64,000 nt of DNA from Candidatus Spyradocola sp. (GCA_034113365.1 JAXEXP010000102.1:455-64454); one strand, 5' to 3'; shown: positions 46,502 through 56,647, counted from the stretch's first letter. Numbers and translations are program-made. The notes: generated by a model from the letters alone, not told the origin.

Positions 46502-47116
46502 TCAGTTTGCCACGCGCACCATCGCGTAGCGCACCACCTTGCCCTTTACGGCAAAGCCGGTCTGGAAGCATTCGATGATGGTGCCCTCGGGATGCTCCTC
46601 GTCGGCCTCGGTCATCATCACGGCGTTGTGCTTTTCGGGGTCAAAGACCGTGCCGGGCGCGGCTTCCACGCGCTCCATGCCCAGCTTCTTGAGTGTCTCC
46701 TCAAGGCCCCGCAGCGTCATTTCCACGCCCTTGGCAAGGGGGCTGTCGTCCCCGGCTGCCTGCGCGGCGGCCAGTGCGCGCTCGAGGTTATCCAGCGAGG
46801 GGAGCACTTCCTTTACCGTGTCGCGGACGGTGTCGTCTGCGACCTCGGTGCGCAGCGAAGCGTTTCGCTTGCGGTAGTTGTCAAAATCCGCCTGCACGCG
46901 CTGCGCCATGGCCAGGTACTCGTCGCGCTTGGCCTCCGCAGCCTTGACGTAGGCGTTGAGCTCCTCCAGCTTTTCGCGGGTGATGGTGATCTCCGCCGCC
47001 TTGTCCTGCTCGGTCTCCACCGCAGGCTCCTCGGCCTGCGCCGCTTCCTCCGCCTGCGCCGCCTTGACCTCCTCGGCCTTGGCGGCCTGCGTTGCGGTGT
47101 TCTTCTTATCCTTCAT
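46502..47116 (-). CDS. grpE: nucleotide exchange factor GrpE
   Basis: 204 aa. An acidic/Ala-rich N-terminus is followed by AQRVQADFDNYRKR and a C-terminal beta domain. Confidence 0.95.
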   Translation of the reverse strand: MKDKKNTATQAAKAEEVKAAQAEEAAQAEEPAVETEQDKAAEITITREKLEELNAYVKAAEAKRDEYLAMAQRVQADFDNYRKRNASLRTEVADDTVRDTVKEVLPSLDNLERALAAAQAAGDDSPLAKGVEMTLRGLEETLKKLGMERVEAAPGTVFDPEKHNAVMMTEADEEHPEGTIIECFQTGFAVKGKVVRYAMVRVAN

Positions 47117-48155
47117 TGTTCTCCTCTTTTCGCTCGCCCGAACCCTTTTGCGGGAGCAGGGCTTCGTTCATAACCTTCTTCATGGCCTCCAGCACCGAGA
47201 TGACGCGGCTGTAATGCATTCTGGTGGGGCCGATGACGCCCATCGTGCCCACGCCGCCGCCCACGCGGTAGGAAACCGTCACCAGCGAGCAATCCTGCAT
47301 GCCCGCCTCGGACAGCTCCGGGCCGATGGCCACGGAAAACTCCAGTCCGTTGCGCTGCATCAGCAGCCTTGCCAGCTTATCCTGTGTCTCCAGCGTCGAG
47401 AGCAGCGTCTTTGCGCGCTCCACGTCGCTGTACTCGGGGTGGGAGAGCATCCGCGCCGCACCGGCTACGTGCACCGAGTGCGCGTCGGGCTCCATCTGCT
47501 TTTGCAGGCTGTCCATCAGCTGCCCGAACAGCTCTCGCTGCCCCGACATCTCGCTGTAAAACTCCTGCAGGATGGCGGGCAGCTCGCTCGCGTCGCGCCC
47601 TGCGATCTTCTCGGTCAGCAGGTTGCTCACCGCGTAGAGGTGCTCGGCCGTCACGCCCTGCGGGATGCGGATGACGGATTCCTTGTGCACGCCCTGCTCG
47701 GTCACCGTGACCATCAGCGCGGTGGTTTCGGTCAGCGGCACCAGCTGCACGCGCTTGATGGTGCGCATCTGCGGCGCGATCATCACCGAGGTGTACTCCG
47801 TCATCTCGGACAGCGCCTGCGTGGCCGACGTCAGCACGTCCTCCATCTGCCCCATGCGCCGCGCGAACAGCTTGCGCAGCATCGTGTATTCGCTGGTGGG
47901 CAGCGAGCTGACCCGCATGATCTGATCGACGTACAGGCGGTAGGCCCGGTAGGAGGGGATGCGCCCGGCCGACGTGTGCGGCGAGGCCAGGTACCCCAGC
48001 TCCTCAAGGTCGCTCATCTCGTTGCGGATGGTGGCCGAGGACAGGCCCATGCCCTGCTTGCGCGATATGGTGCGGGAGCCGACGGGCATGGCGGTTGTAA
48101 TGTAATCATCAATGATGGCCTGCAGGATCCGAAACTTTCTTTCATCCAGATCCAT
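47106..48155 (-). CDS. hrcA: heat-inducible transcription repressor HrcA
   Basis: Start set to the ATG at 48155 (AGGAG 9 nt upstream; ATG 48161 is also possible). MDLDERKFRILQAIIDDYITTAMPVGSRTISRK is typical HrcA. The start lies downstream of CIRCE. Confidence 0.93.
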   Translation of the reverse strand: MDLDERKFRILQAIIDDYITTAMPVGSRTISRKQGMGLSSATIRNEMSDLEELGYLASPHTSAGRIPSYRAYRLYVDQIMRVSSLPTSEYTMLRKLFARRMGQMEDVLTSATQALSEMTEYTSVMIAPQMRTIKRVQLVPLTETTALMVTVTEQGVHKESVIRIPQGVTAEHLYAVSNLLTEKIAGRDASELPAILQEFYSEMSGQRELFGQLMDSLQKQMEPDAHSVHVAGAARMLSHPEYSDVERAKTLLSTLETQDKLARLLMQRNGLEFSVAIGPELSEAGMQDCSLVTVSYRVGGGVGTMGVIGPTRMHYSRVISVLEAMKKVMNEALLPQKGSGERKEENNEG

Positions 48156-48190
48156 CTGCATCGACTCCTTTCCGCCTCTCCGGCTTCCTG

Positions 48191-48217
48191 TTAGCACTCT
48201 CAACCGTTGAGTGCTAA
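48191..48217 (-). promoter_or_regulatory. CIRCE operator (HrcA binding site)
   Basis: Perfect TTAGCACTC-N9-GAGTGCTAA between the promoter and the hrcA start. Confidence 0.95.
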
Positions 48218-48228
48218 CTGATGATGTA

Positions 48229-48257
48229 AGCATAGCACCACTTGCAAAACTTGTCAA
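48229..48257 (-). promoter_or_regulatory. sigma-A promoter of the hrcA-grpE-dnaK-dnaJ operon
   Basis: Minus strand TTGACA - 17 nt - TATGCT, with CIRCE just downstream. Confidence 0.65.
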
Positions 48258-48383
48258 GCGTTTTATGGAAAAAAACTGACGAGATTCCGTCCCGCCCGCA
48301 GATTTAACCCCGCCGAAACAGTTTGTACATTTCCCTCAAAACTATGTGACCCTCTTAGCAGTCAATAGCAGTTTACATCCTTT

Positions 48384-48707
48384 GGCTTCCCCTTGCGGGT
48401 TCACCCATAGGGGCGAAGCCCTGCAGGTCGAGTGTTTCGGACTAAACAGTCCAGTGGACTGTTTATGGAGAATAAGCCGACCGGAACACCGGAACAGCCG
48501 GAACGGCTGGTTCGGTGCGGAGCGGGAAGCTGTCAGCCGCAGCTGACTGATGAGGTGTCCGTCCAGCACAAACCTTACCCCAGACGCACCAAAACACGCC
48601 TTCTCCATATGCGAATCTCTCCGTTTACAAGAAAAAAACGCGTCAATCCGCCAAAACGAACTCCAATTCTTCACTATTCACCAGCGAAGCGGCCTCAATC
48701 TTCACTT
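48384..48707 (+). repeat. intergenic modular hairpin repeat, copy B (most complete)
   Basis: A chain of hairpins and conserved linkers with no credible ORF. It shares proximal modules with 60917-61088 and distal modules with 7701-7880. See findings. Confidence 0.85.
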
Positions 48708-48752
48708 CAAAATTGTGCCCCTCGCCAACCAACTGCCGGCGCAAGGGGCACA
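48708..48752 (-). terminator. terminator of the MFS (48760-50046) gene
   Basis: Minus strand TGTGCCCCT-(21-nt loop)-AGGGGCACA followed by ATTTTGAAG. Confidence 0.5.
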
Positions 48753-48759
48753 TTTCAGC

Positions 48760-50046
48760 TTATTTATCCAGCATCCGGGCCGCTTTCAGCCGCAGGCAGC
48801 CAAGGCTCAGCGCGATCCCGGCGCAGCCCGTCAGCACGAACATCACCGCGATGCCCGCCCCCGCGCCCGAGCCGAACACCGCGCCCAGCACCGGCGGCGG
48901 CGATGCCATCATCGGCTCAAACACGCCGTCGGCCAGCGCGCCGCCCAGCAGCAGCCCCAGCGGGATCGTGCAGTTCTGCAGCGTGTCCTTCGCGGAAAAC
49001 ACGCGCCCCTGCATCCCCTGCGGCACCTGCTCGCGCATCACCGCCATCAGGTAGGCGTTCATCACCGCCGCCATCGCGTACGATCCAAACTCCGCCGCGC
49101 ACCAGACCGCAGGCTCGCGCGACAGCCCCAGCATCACGCCGCCGCAAAACACCAGCGCAGTGCTCAGAAACACCCGTTTTACCTTGTTTTTCGCGGGTTT
49201 TGCCAGCGTCATCGCAAGGCTTCCCGCCATCAGTCCCAGCGCAACGGCGCTCTGCGCGAACCCCAGCACGCGCTCGTCGCCGCCCGTCCTGCCCAGCACA
49301 AAGGGCGACAGCATGCCGTCATCCCCCAGCTTGGCCAGCAAGTTCACCGCCGCGATGAACAGCGTCAGCTGCAGCAGCCCCTTGTGCTCCCACAGCCAGC
49401 GCAACCCGTCCAGGCAGCTTCTCCAGAACGGCTCCTCTGCGGCGTTTTGGACGTTCTCCGTCTCCGGAAAGCGGATGCAGCACAGCAGCACCGCAAACGC
49501 CACGCCGAAGCTCGCCAAATCGCACAGCAGCACCCATTCCATGCCGCCCCAAGCCAGCAGGCAGCCGCCCAGCGCAGGCGCAAGGATGGACACCGCCGCG
49601 CCCGAAAAGCCCTGCAGCCCGCCCACGCGGGTGTAGTGCTCCTTGGGCACCAGCAGGCTGGTCGCCACGAACGACGCGGGCTGCTGCACGGCGTTCATCA
49701 GGCTGAGCAGCGCGTTGATCAGGTAAATGTGCCACACGCGCAGCGCCGACAGCGAATACAGCGCCAGCACCGTCAGCGTGCCGCACGCGGCGATCAGGTC
49801 GCACACCAGCATGATGCGCTTTTTGTCCCACTGGTCGGCCAGCGTGCCGCCGATGAAGCGGAGGAATATCGTCGGCAGAAACGCGCACAGCGTCAGCAGC
49901 GCCACGCTGGACGCCGTCCCCCGCTGCCCGTAGACCCAGATGATCAGCGCATAGTTGGTCATGGCCGTGCCAAGCTCGGACACGGTCTGCGAGCCCCACA
50001 GCAGCAAAAAGCTGCGCAGGTCTTTGAATATCGATGTGTTTTTCAT
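48760..50046 (-). CDS. MFS transporter (MFS_3 / macrolide-efflux-like)
   Basis: 428 aa, 12 predicted TM helices, with LADQWDKKRIM loop motif. Confidence 0.85.
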   Translation of the reverse strand: MKNTSIFKDLRSFLLLWGSQTVSELGTAMTNYALIIWVYGQRGTASSVALLTLCAFLPTIFLRFIGGTLADQWDKKRIMLVCDLIAACGTLTVLALYSLSALRVWHIYLINALLSLMNAVQQPASFVATSLLVPKEHYTRVGGLQGFSGAAVSILAPALGGCLLAWGGMEWVLLCDLASFGVAFAVLLCCIRFPETENVQNAAEEPFWRSCLDGLRWLWEHKGLLQLTLFIAAVNLLAKLGDDGMLSPFVLGRTGGDERVLGFAQSAVALGLMAGSLAMTLAKPAKNKVKRVFLSTALVFCGGVMLGLSREPAVWCAAEFGSYAMAAVMNAYLMAVMREQVPQGMQGRVFSAKDTLQNCTIPLGLLLGGALADGVFEPMMASPPPVLGAVFGSGAGAGIAVMFVLTGCAGIALSLGCLRLKAARMLDK

Positions 50047-50310
50047 GGCTTTTCTCCTCGCAAAACTGCGTTTTTTTCACTTGAAACCAGCAATTTTGTG
50101 CAGAGCAAAGCCCAATGCGGACGATGAACCCCTACCCAAGGGAAACATCGCTCCGTGCAGGCATCGTCCCCATCAAGCCCTGCCCGGAGCCCGGCCATCT
50201 GCGGCCAACGGCACTCCAATGCGTACCCATGCCATGCCCCTCACCTCCCTGTTTCTTCCATTATAGCACGCCATCCCCCGGCGTTCACTGCCGAAAACCC
50301 ATAAAACCGT

Positions 50311-51393
50311 TCACGGCATCAGCTCGGCCAGCACCGTGTTCATCACGTCAAAGCCGCGCGCGGTCAGCCGGACGCGGCGCTCCTGCACCGTCAAAAGGCC
50401 GCGTTTGCGCTGTTTTTCCAGCTCTTCTGCGAACAGTTTCAGCGCGGTTTCGCTCAATTCCACGCCCTGCACCATGCGCAGGCCGAGCATCAGCTCCTCG
50501 AACGCGGCGTCCTCTGTGGTCAGCGTTTCCTCCGAGGCAAAGGGCGCGCCCGCGAGGTATTCGGCGAGGGTGGAGACGTTGCTGCGGCGCACGTTTCCCT
50601 CCAGCGACGCCGCCGCGCACCCCAGCCCGATGTAGTCCTTTCGCGTCCAATAGCCCACGTTGTGGCGGCAGGCGCAGCCCGGTTTGGCGTAGTTGGACAC
50701 CTCGTATTGATGCAGTCCGTGCGCCGAAAGCACCCGCGTTGTGGCCGCCTGCATCGCCATTTCCTCGTCCTCATCGGGGCGGGGCAGCAGGCCTTTTGCG
50801 TCCAGTTCGCCAAAGGGCGTGCCCTCTGCGACGGTCAGCGCGTAGCAGGAAAGGTGCCACGGATGAAGGCTCATCACCGCCGCAAGCGACTGCTCCCACA
50901 TGCCCAGCGTCTGCCCGGGCAGCGCGTACATCAGGTCGGCGGAGAGGTTGTTGATGCCCGATTTTCGCGCCATTGCAAAGGTTTCGCGCGCCTGCTCGAA
51001 GCTGTGGATGCGGCCGATGACGCGCAAAAGCTCGGGCTGTACGGCCTGCACGCCCACGCTGAGGCGGTTGATCCCGCCCTCCGCAGCTGCGTCCAGCCAT
51101 GCCTGCGTGACCGTGCCGGGGTTGGCTTCGGAGGTGATTTCGCAATTCTTCGTGAGATTATAGCGCGCGCGGACGGCGGAAAGCAGGCGCGAAAGCTCCT
51201 CCGCGGGCAGCAGCGAGGGCGTTCCGCCGCCCAGAAACACCGATGTCACGGGCGCGTCCGACGGTCTGCGGTCCATCTCCGCGATGAGCGCATCGACGTA
51301 TGCGGAGAACTTTTCCTGCTGCCCCGCGTAGGACACAAAGTCGCAATACGCGCATTTTTTGACGCAGAACGGGATGTGGATGTAGAGCATCAT
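50311..51393 (-). CDS. hemW: radical SAM family heme chaperone HemW
   Basis: Start trimmed to the ATG at 51393. MMLYIHIPFCVKKCAYCDF carries the CxxxCxxC motif. A HemN_C-like C-terminus is present. 360 aa. It lies in the lepA neighbourhood, as in Bacillus. Confidence 0.9.
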   Translation of the reverse strand: MMLYIHIPFCVKKCAYCDFVSYAGQQEKFSAYVDALIAEMDRRPSDAPVTSVFLGGGTPSLLPAEELSRLLSAVRARYNLTKNCEITSEANPGTVTQAWLDAAAEGGINRLSVGVQAVQPELLRVIGRIHSFEQARETFAMARKSGINNLSADLMYALPGQTLGMWEQSLAAVMSLHPWHLSCYALTVAEGTPFGELDAKGLLPRPDEDEEMAMQAATTRVLSAHGLHQYEVSNYAKPGCACRHNVGYWTRKDYIGLGCAAASLEGNVRRSNVSTLAEYLAGAPFASEETLTTEDAAFEELMLGLRMVQGVELSETALKLFAEELEKQRKRGLLTVQERRVRLTARGFDVMNTVLAELMP

Positions 51394-52214
51394 GGCCGCG
51401 ATTCTCCTTCCAGGCGGGCCGCGAGCACCGGCGCGCCGCAGGCCCGGCAGACCGCGGCGCCGCGCTCCAGCATGGCCCTTGCGTCGGCGACGCACAGCTC
51501 GTCGGCGTTGTGCAGCGCCCACCAGGGCAGCGTTTTGCTGTGATTTTCGCGCTCCGCGACGAGCAGCATCCAGCCCACGAGCTCGTTTTGGCGCACGCCG
51601 AACAGGAATTGGGGCAGTTTCCCCTCCTGTACGGCATCCATTTCGCGGCGCAGCGCCTTCCAGCCGCCCCGCACCGGCCCCATGGAGGAGCGCTGCAGCT
51701 GCCCAAAAATGCGCTGCTGCGCGGACGCGTCCAGCCGCTGCCAGAGCGTGATCTGCAGCGGTTCCAGGCGCTTTTCCATCACAAAATTGGTCAGGATCTG
51801 CCCGCGCAGGGGGACTTGCTGCTGCCGAACCACCGCGTAGCCGCGCTTTTCAAAGAAGGGCCGGGCGGTGAGGGAGGCGTGCGTGGTATAGGTTTCGGCA
51901 TGTACAAGGCGCTCCAGCGCGTCGCAAAGCGCAGTCGCAATGCCGCTATTTTGGGCGTCTGCGTGGACGTAGAGCATGTCCAGATAGCCGGTTTTGTCCA
52001 TGTTTGCAAAGCCCAGAAGCGCGCCGTTTTCCTCCGCGACGAGGGTCATTGAGGACAGGTAGCGCGCGTTCCATGCGTCAAGATCCACCTCGCCCGTCGC
52101 CCAGGCGTCCAGCTGTTCGGGCGCATAATCACGGGCGTTTACGCGGTGCACGGTGTCGTAAAACAGGCTGGCCATGGCCTCGCAGTCCTCTGTTTTATAG
52201 GCTCTGAGCCTCAT
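51390..52214 (-). CDS. GNAT family N-acetyltransferase with an extra C-terminal domain
   Basis: Start at the ATG at 52214 (GAGGTG upstream). MRLRAYKTEDCEAM... and QNSGIATALCDALE are present. The stop overlaps the hemW start (ATGA). 274 aa. Confidence 0.7.
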   Translation of the reverse strand: MRLRAYKTEDCEAMASLFYDTVHRVNARDYAPEQLDAWATGEVDLDAWNARYLSSMTLVAEENGALLGFANMDKTGYLDMLYVHADAQNSGIATALCDALERLVHAETYTTHASLTARPFFEKRGYAVVRQQQVPLRGQILTNFVMEKRLEPLQITLWQRLDASAQQRIFGQLQRSSMGPVRGGWKALRREMDAVQEGKLPQFLFGVRQNELVGWMLLVAERENHSKTLPWWALHNADELCVADARAMLERGAAVCRACGAPVLAARLEGESRP

Positions 52215-52280
52215 TTTTCCACCTCTTTTGATGCCAAAAAGGGTCGGCGGCACATGGCTTTCCGACCCTTTTTTGATGAG

Positions 52281-54089
52281 TTAATCCGCCTTGAGCACGG
52301 CGATGAACGCCTCGCTGGGGAGCTCGACGCTGCCCAGTGTGCGCATGCGCTTTTTGCCCTCCTTTTGCTTTTCCAGCAGCTTCTTTTTGCGGGTGATGTC
52401 GCCGCCGTAGCACTTGGCCAGCACGTCCTTGCGCATGGCCTTGACGGTCTCGCGCGCGATGATCTTGCCGCCGACCGCCGCCTGGATCGGGATCTCAAAC
52501 AGCTGGCGCGGGATGACCTCCTTGAGCTTTTCGGCGATGGCGCGGCCCCTGGGGTAGGCGCGGTCCTTGTGCACGATGATGGACAGCGCGTCGCAGATGT
52601 CGCCGTTGAGCAGTATGTCCAGCTTGACCAGCTCGCTGCGGGCGTAGCCGTTGAGCTCGTAGTCAAAGGAGGCATAGCCACGCGTGCGGGACTTGAGCGC
52701 GTCGAAGAAGTCGTAGATGATTTCGTTGAGGGGCATCTCGTAGTGGATCTGCACGCGGCCGGCCTCGATGTACTTCATGTCGATGTACACGCCGCGCTTC
52801 TGCTGGCACAGCTCCATGATGGTGCCCACGTAGTCCGACGGCGAGAAAATCTGCGCCGAGACCATGGGCTCCTCCATGTAGTCGATGTCGGCGGGGTCGG
52901 GCAGGTTGGTGGGGTTGTCGATGTACAGCTCGGTTCCGTCGGTCTTGACGACGTGGTAGACCACCGAGGGAGCGGTGGTGATCAGGTCCAGATCGAACTC
53001 GCGCTCGAGGCGCTCCTGGATGACCTCCATGTGCAGAAGGCCCAGGAAGCCCGCGCGGAAGCCGAAGCCCAGCGCCACGGAGGTCTCCGGCTCGAAGGAC
53101 AGCGAGGCGTCGTTGAGCTTGAGCTTTTCCAGCGCGTCGCGCAGGTTCTCGTAGTCGGAGCCGTCGGCGGGGTAGATGCCGCAGAACACCATGGGCTGCA
53201 CCTGCTTGTAGCCGGGCAGCATCTCATCTGCCGGGCGGTCGGCGGTGGTGATGGTGTCGCCCACGCGGGTGTCGGCGACCTCCTTGATGGACGCGCCGAT
53301 GTAGCCCACGTCGCCCGCGAGCAGCTCGCCCACCGGCACCAGCTGGCCGGGGCGGAAGTAACCCACCTCGGTGACGTCAAACTCCGCGCCCGAGGACATC
53401 ATGCGGACGCGGTCGCCCACCTTGACCTTGCCCTCCATCACGCGGACGAAGGACAGCGCGCCCTTGTAGTTGTCGTAGACGCTGTCGAAGATCAGCGCGC
53501 GTAAGGGGGCGTCCTCGTCGCCCTTGGGGGCGGGGACGAGCTTGACCACGGCCTCGAGCACATCCTCGACGTTCAGGCCTGTCTTGGCCGAGACCAGCGG
53601 CGCGTCGGTGGTGTCCAGGCCGATCACGTCCTCGATCTCCTTTTTGACGAAGTCGGGCTGCGCGCTGGGCAGGTCGATCTTGTTGATGACGGGGATGATC
53701 TCCAGATCGTGCTCCAGCGCCATGTAGACGTTGGCCAGCGTTTGCGCCTCGATGCCCTGGGAGGCGTCCACCACCAGCACCGCGCCGTCGCACGCGGCCA
53801 GCGAGCGCGACACCTCGTAGGAGAAGTCGACGTGGCCGGGAGTGTCGATCAGGTTGAGCGTGTAGGTGTTGCCGTCCTTGGCCTTGTAGGGCATGCGCAC
53901 GGCCTGCGCCTTGATGGTGATGCCGCGCTCGCGCTCCAGATCCATGTTGTCCAGCACCTGGTCGCTCATCTCGCGCAGGGACATCACGCCGGTCTTTTCG
54001 ATCAGGCGGTCGGCCAAGGTGGACTTGCCGTGGTCGATGTGCGCGATGATGCAGAAATTGCGAATCAGTTCTTCTCTTTTCAAGTTCAT
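52281..54089 (-). CDS. lepA: translation elongation factor 4
   Basis: Start trimmed to the ATG at 54089. [33 protein letters not shown] and a LepA C-terminal domain are present. 602 aa. Confidence 0.97.
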   Translation of the reverse strand: MNLKREELIRNFCIIAHIDHGKSTLADRLIEKTGVMSLREMSDQVLDNMDLERERGITIKAQAVRMPYKAKDGNTYTLNLIDTPGHVDFSYEVSRSLAACDGAVLVVDASQGIEAQTLANVYMALEHDLEIIPVINKIDLPSAQPDFVKKEIEDVIGLDTTDAPLVSAKTGLNVEDVLEAVVKLVPAPKGDEDAPLRALIFDSVYDNYKGALSFVRVMEGKVKVGDRVRMMSSGAEFDVTEVGYFRPGQLVPVGELLAGDVGYIGASIKEVADTRVGDTITTADRPADEMLPGYKQVQPMVFCGIYPADGSDYENLRDALEKLKLNDASLSFEPETSVALGFGFRAGFLGLLHMEVIQERLEREFDLDLITTAPSVVYHVVKTDGTELYIDNPTNLPDPADIDYMEEPMVSAQIFSPSDYVGTIMELCQQKRGVYIDMKYIEAGRVQIHYEMPLNEIIYDFFDALKSRTRGYASFDYELNGYARSELVKLDILLNGDICDALSIIVHKDRAYPRGRAIAEKLKEVIPRQLFEIPIQAAVGGKIIARETVKAMRKDVLAKCYGGDITRKKKLLEKQKEGKKRMRTLGSVELPSEAFIAVLKAD

Positions 54090-54652
54090 TCCTCCGCTTC
54101 GAGGCAGGCCGCCAGCTGGGTGAGCGTGTGGCCCACGCTGCGATTCCGGGCGTCCAGCTGCTCCTGGGTGAATTCCGAGAGCGTGCGATCCGCGCCCTCG
54201 GGGATGAAAATATGCCAAAGCGCGCTCCACTGCCGTGAATTGTCCGCGCCGCGGACCTCAGTGGCGAGCGTGCCTGTGTTTTCCGCTGTGAAATAGTATT
54301 CCTGCGCGCCGTCAAAGTAGCCCAGGCACTGGCGGAACGCGCAGCGGCGGTTGGTTTGACCCTGCATCAAGCGCAGCAGGCCGGGGACGCCCACGGTGCC
54401 CAGCGCGTAGTTGACGTAAGAGCCGGGGAAGCCGTTCAGTGCGTCGATGTAGAAGCCGCTGTCCAGCACGAAGCAGGGGGCGTCGAGGATGCGGCGCGCC
54501 TGCTGGAGCTTTGCGCGGGCGATCACATGCAGATCGTCGCTGCGCGGCTCGTCAAAGTCGATGGAGCAGCCCTCGATGCGGGCGCTGCGGATGACGTCCT
54601 GCGCCTGACGCAGCTTGCCGGGGTTGGCGGTGGCGAAGAGGATGGTTTTCAT
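54086..54652 (-). CDS. non-canonical purine NTP pyrophosphatase (Ham1/RdgB-like)
   Basis: ORF trimmed to the ATG at 54652. [18 protein letters not shown] is a Ham1-type N-terminus. 188 aa. The stop overlaps the lepA start (ATGA). Confidence 0.65.
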   Translation of the reverse strand: MKTILFATANPGKLRQAQDVIRSARIEGCSIDFDEPRSDDLHVIARAKLQQARRILDAPCFVLDSGFYIDALNGFPGSYVNYALGTVGVPGLLRLMQGQTNRRCAFRQCLGYFDGAQEYYFTAENTGTLATEVRGADNSRQWSALWHIFIPEGADRTLSEFTQEQLDARNRSVGHTLTQLAACLEAEE

Positions 54653-54654
54653 GG

Positions 54655-55302
54655 CTACATCAGCTGCTCGGGGCGGATGTCCAGCGACTTTTCCAGCTTG
54701 CGCTTGACGCGCTGCAGCGCGTTGTCGATGGACTTGACGTGGCGGCCCAGATCCTGCGCGATCTCCTGATAGCTCTTGCCCTCCAGATAGGAGTTGAGCA
54801 CCTCCATCTCCAGGTCGCTGAGCACCTCGGAGATGCGGTTCTCGACGCTGGAGTAGTCCTCCTGCGAGATGAGCAGCTCCTCGGGGCCCGCCATCTGCAC
54901 CTCGGAGAGCACGTCCATCAGCGTGCGGTCGCTCTCCTCGTCGTAGATGGGGCGGTTGAGCGAGACGTAGGAGTTGAGGGGGATGTGCTTCTGCCGCGTG
55001 GCGGTCTTGATGGCCGTGATGATCTGGCGCGTGACGCACAGCTCGGCAAACGCGCGGAAGGAGGTCAGCTTGTCGGGCCTAAAATCGCGGATGGCCTTGA
55101 ACAGCCCGATCATGCCCTCCTGCACGATGTCCTCGTGGTCCGCGCCGATCAGAAAATACGACCGTGCCTTGGAGCGCACGAAATTCTTGTATTTCATCAT
55201 CAGCAGCTCCAGAGCCGCCTCGTCGCCGTCGCGCGCCAGCAGCGCGACGTCCTCGTCCGTCATGCCCTCGTAGGGGGTCTTTGCCTGTTCGTTTTCCGGC
55301 AT
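54655..55302 (-). CDS. sigH: RNA polymerase sigma factor SigH
   Basis: Start trimmed to the ATG at 55302. IVQEGMIGLFKAIRDFRPDKLTSFRAFAELCVTRQIITAIKTATRQKH is SigH-like, and the gene lies downstream of yacP-rlmB as in Bacillus. 215 aa. Confidence 0.85.
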   Translation of the reverse strand: MPENEQAKTPYEGMTDEDVALLARDGDEAALELLMMKYKNFVRSKARSYFLIGADHEDIVQEGMIGLFKAIRDFRPDKLTSFRAFAELCVTRQIITAIKTATRQKHIPLNSYVSLNRPIYDEESDRTLMDVLSEVQMAGPEELLISQEDYSSVENRISEVLSDLEMEVLNSYLEGKSYQEIAQDLGRHVKSIDNALQRVKRKLEKSLDIRPEQLM

Positions 55303-55333
55303 ATGCCTCACCGCCCTTCTGTACTTACCGGTT

Positions 55334-55864
55334 TCACTTGTCGTCCTCCGGCTCGCGGCGCATCTGCTCGAGCTGCGCGCGCACCGCCTGGGGGAGCCTG
55401 TCCTCAATGGTCTTGGTGTTTTGCGCCCTGGGCGGCTGCCGGTGGCCCGACTGCGCGCTCTTGGCGCTGCGGACGATGGAGCGCATTTCCTTTGCGGGAA
55501 TGCGCACCGCGCCGCGCGTGAAGATGACGTTCTGCTCGGTGGCGTCGGAGGTGGCCACGCGGATGGCCTGCCGTGAAAACCGGGGCAGCTGCGCCATGCG
55601 CTCGTCCACCGTGCGCTCGATGAAGTGATCCGCGGTCTCGGATCGCTTGGTGAAGATCACGTCGATGCCCGCCACGCGCTCGACGGCGGTCTTGAGCTTA
55701 TCGCCCTTGTAGCCGTCGAACACCAGCATCACCTCGTCGCCCGTAAAGCCCGCAAAATCCGCCAGCATGCTGGCGAGCAGCTCGCGCGACTGCGAGATAT
55801 CGGGGATGTGCTGAAACTCCGGCCACGCGCCGATCATGTTGTAGCCGTCCACGAGGTAGAGCAT
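55334..55864 (-). CDS. rae1: NYN-domain ribonuclease YacP/Rae1
   Basis: 176 aa. The product MLYLVDGYNMIGAW... and its synteny between rlmB and sigH support the call. Confidence 0.85.
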   Translation of the reverse strand: MLYLVDGYNMIGAWPEFQHIPDISQSRELLASMLADFAGFTGDEVMLVFDGYKGDKLKTAVERVAGIDVIFTKRSETADHFIERTVDERMAQLPRFSRQAIRVATSDATEQNVIFTRGAVRIPAKEMRSIVRSAKSAQSGHRQPPRAQNTKTIEDRLPQAVRAQLEQMRREPEDDK

Positions 55865-55867
55865 GGC

Positions 55868-56647
55868 CTACGCCCTCTGGCGGGCGACCTCGGCCATGAG
55901 GATGCCCGCGGCGACCGACGCGTTGAGCGAGTCGATGTGCCCCTTCATGGGGATGGAGACGGTGACGTCGCAGGTCTCCCTGACCAACCGCGACACGCCC
56001 TCGCCCTCCGCGCCGATGACCAGCGCCACGCCGCCCTTGAAGTTGACGCGGTACAGATTCTCGCCGTCCATGTCCGTGGCGTATGCCCAGATGTTCTTTT
56101 CCTTCAGCTGCTGCAGCGTGCGGGTGATGTTGGTCACGCGCGCCACGCGCACCCATTCCAGCGCGCCGGCTGCGGCCTTCATCGCGGCGGGGGTCAGCCC
56201 CACGGCGCGGCGCTCGGGGATGATGACGCCGTGCGCGCCCATGCAGTCGGCCGAGCGCACGATCGCGCCCAGATTGTGCGGGTCGGTGATGCCGTCCAGC
56301 ACGATGATAAAGGGATCCTCGCCGCGCTCTGCGGCAAGGGCCAGTATGTCGTCCACCTGCGCGTAGCGGTACATGGACACAAACGCCGCGATGCCCTGAT
56401 GATTGGGGGCGAGCTCGTCCAGCTTGCGGCGATCCACCTCGCGCACGATGACGTTCTTTTCCCGCGCGAGGTTCAGCAGCTCGCGCATGGAGCCGTTCTG
56501 CTCGCCCTTGGCGACCAGCAGCTTCTCGATGTCGCGGCCCGCGCGCAGCACCTCGCGCACCGCGTTGCGGCCGACGACGAGGTTCTCCGGCGCCTCTGCC
56601 GGGGCGTCGCTGCGGCCTCTGTTGTCAAAGCGTCCCGTGTTGCTCAT
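55868..56647 (-). CDS. rlmB: 23S rRNA (guanosine-2'-O)-methyltransferase RlmB (SpoU/TrmH family)
   Basis: 259 aa with SpoU motifs LDGITDPHNLGAIVRSA, LVIGAEGEGVS and IPMKGHIDSLNASVAAGI. Confidence 0.88.
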   Translation of the reverse strand: MSNTGRFDNRGRSDAPAEAPENLVVGRNAVREVLRAGRDIEKLLVAKGEQNGSMRELLNLAREKNVIVREVDRRKLDELAPNHQGIAAFVSMYRYAQVDDILALAAERGEDPFIIVLDGITDPHNLGAIVRSADCMGAHGVIIPERRAVGLTPAAMKAAAGALEWVRVARVTNITRTLQQLKEKNIWAYATDMDGENLYRVNFKGGVALVIGAEGEGVSRLVRETCDVTVSIPMKGHIDSLNASVAAGILMAEVARQRA

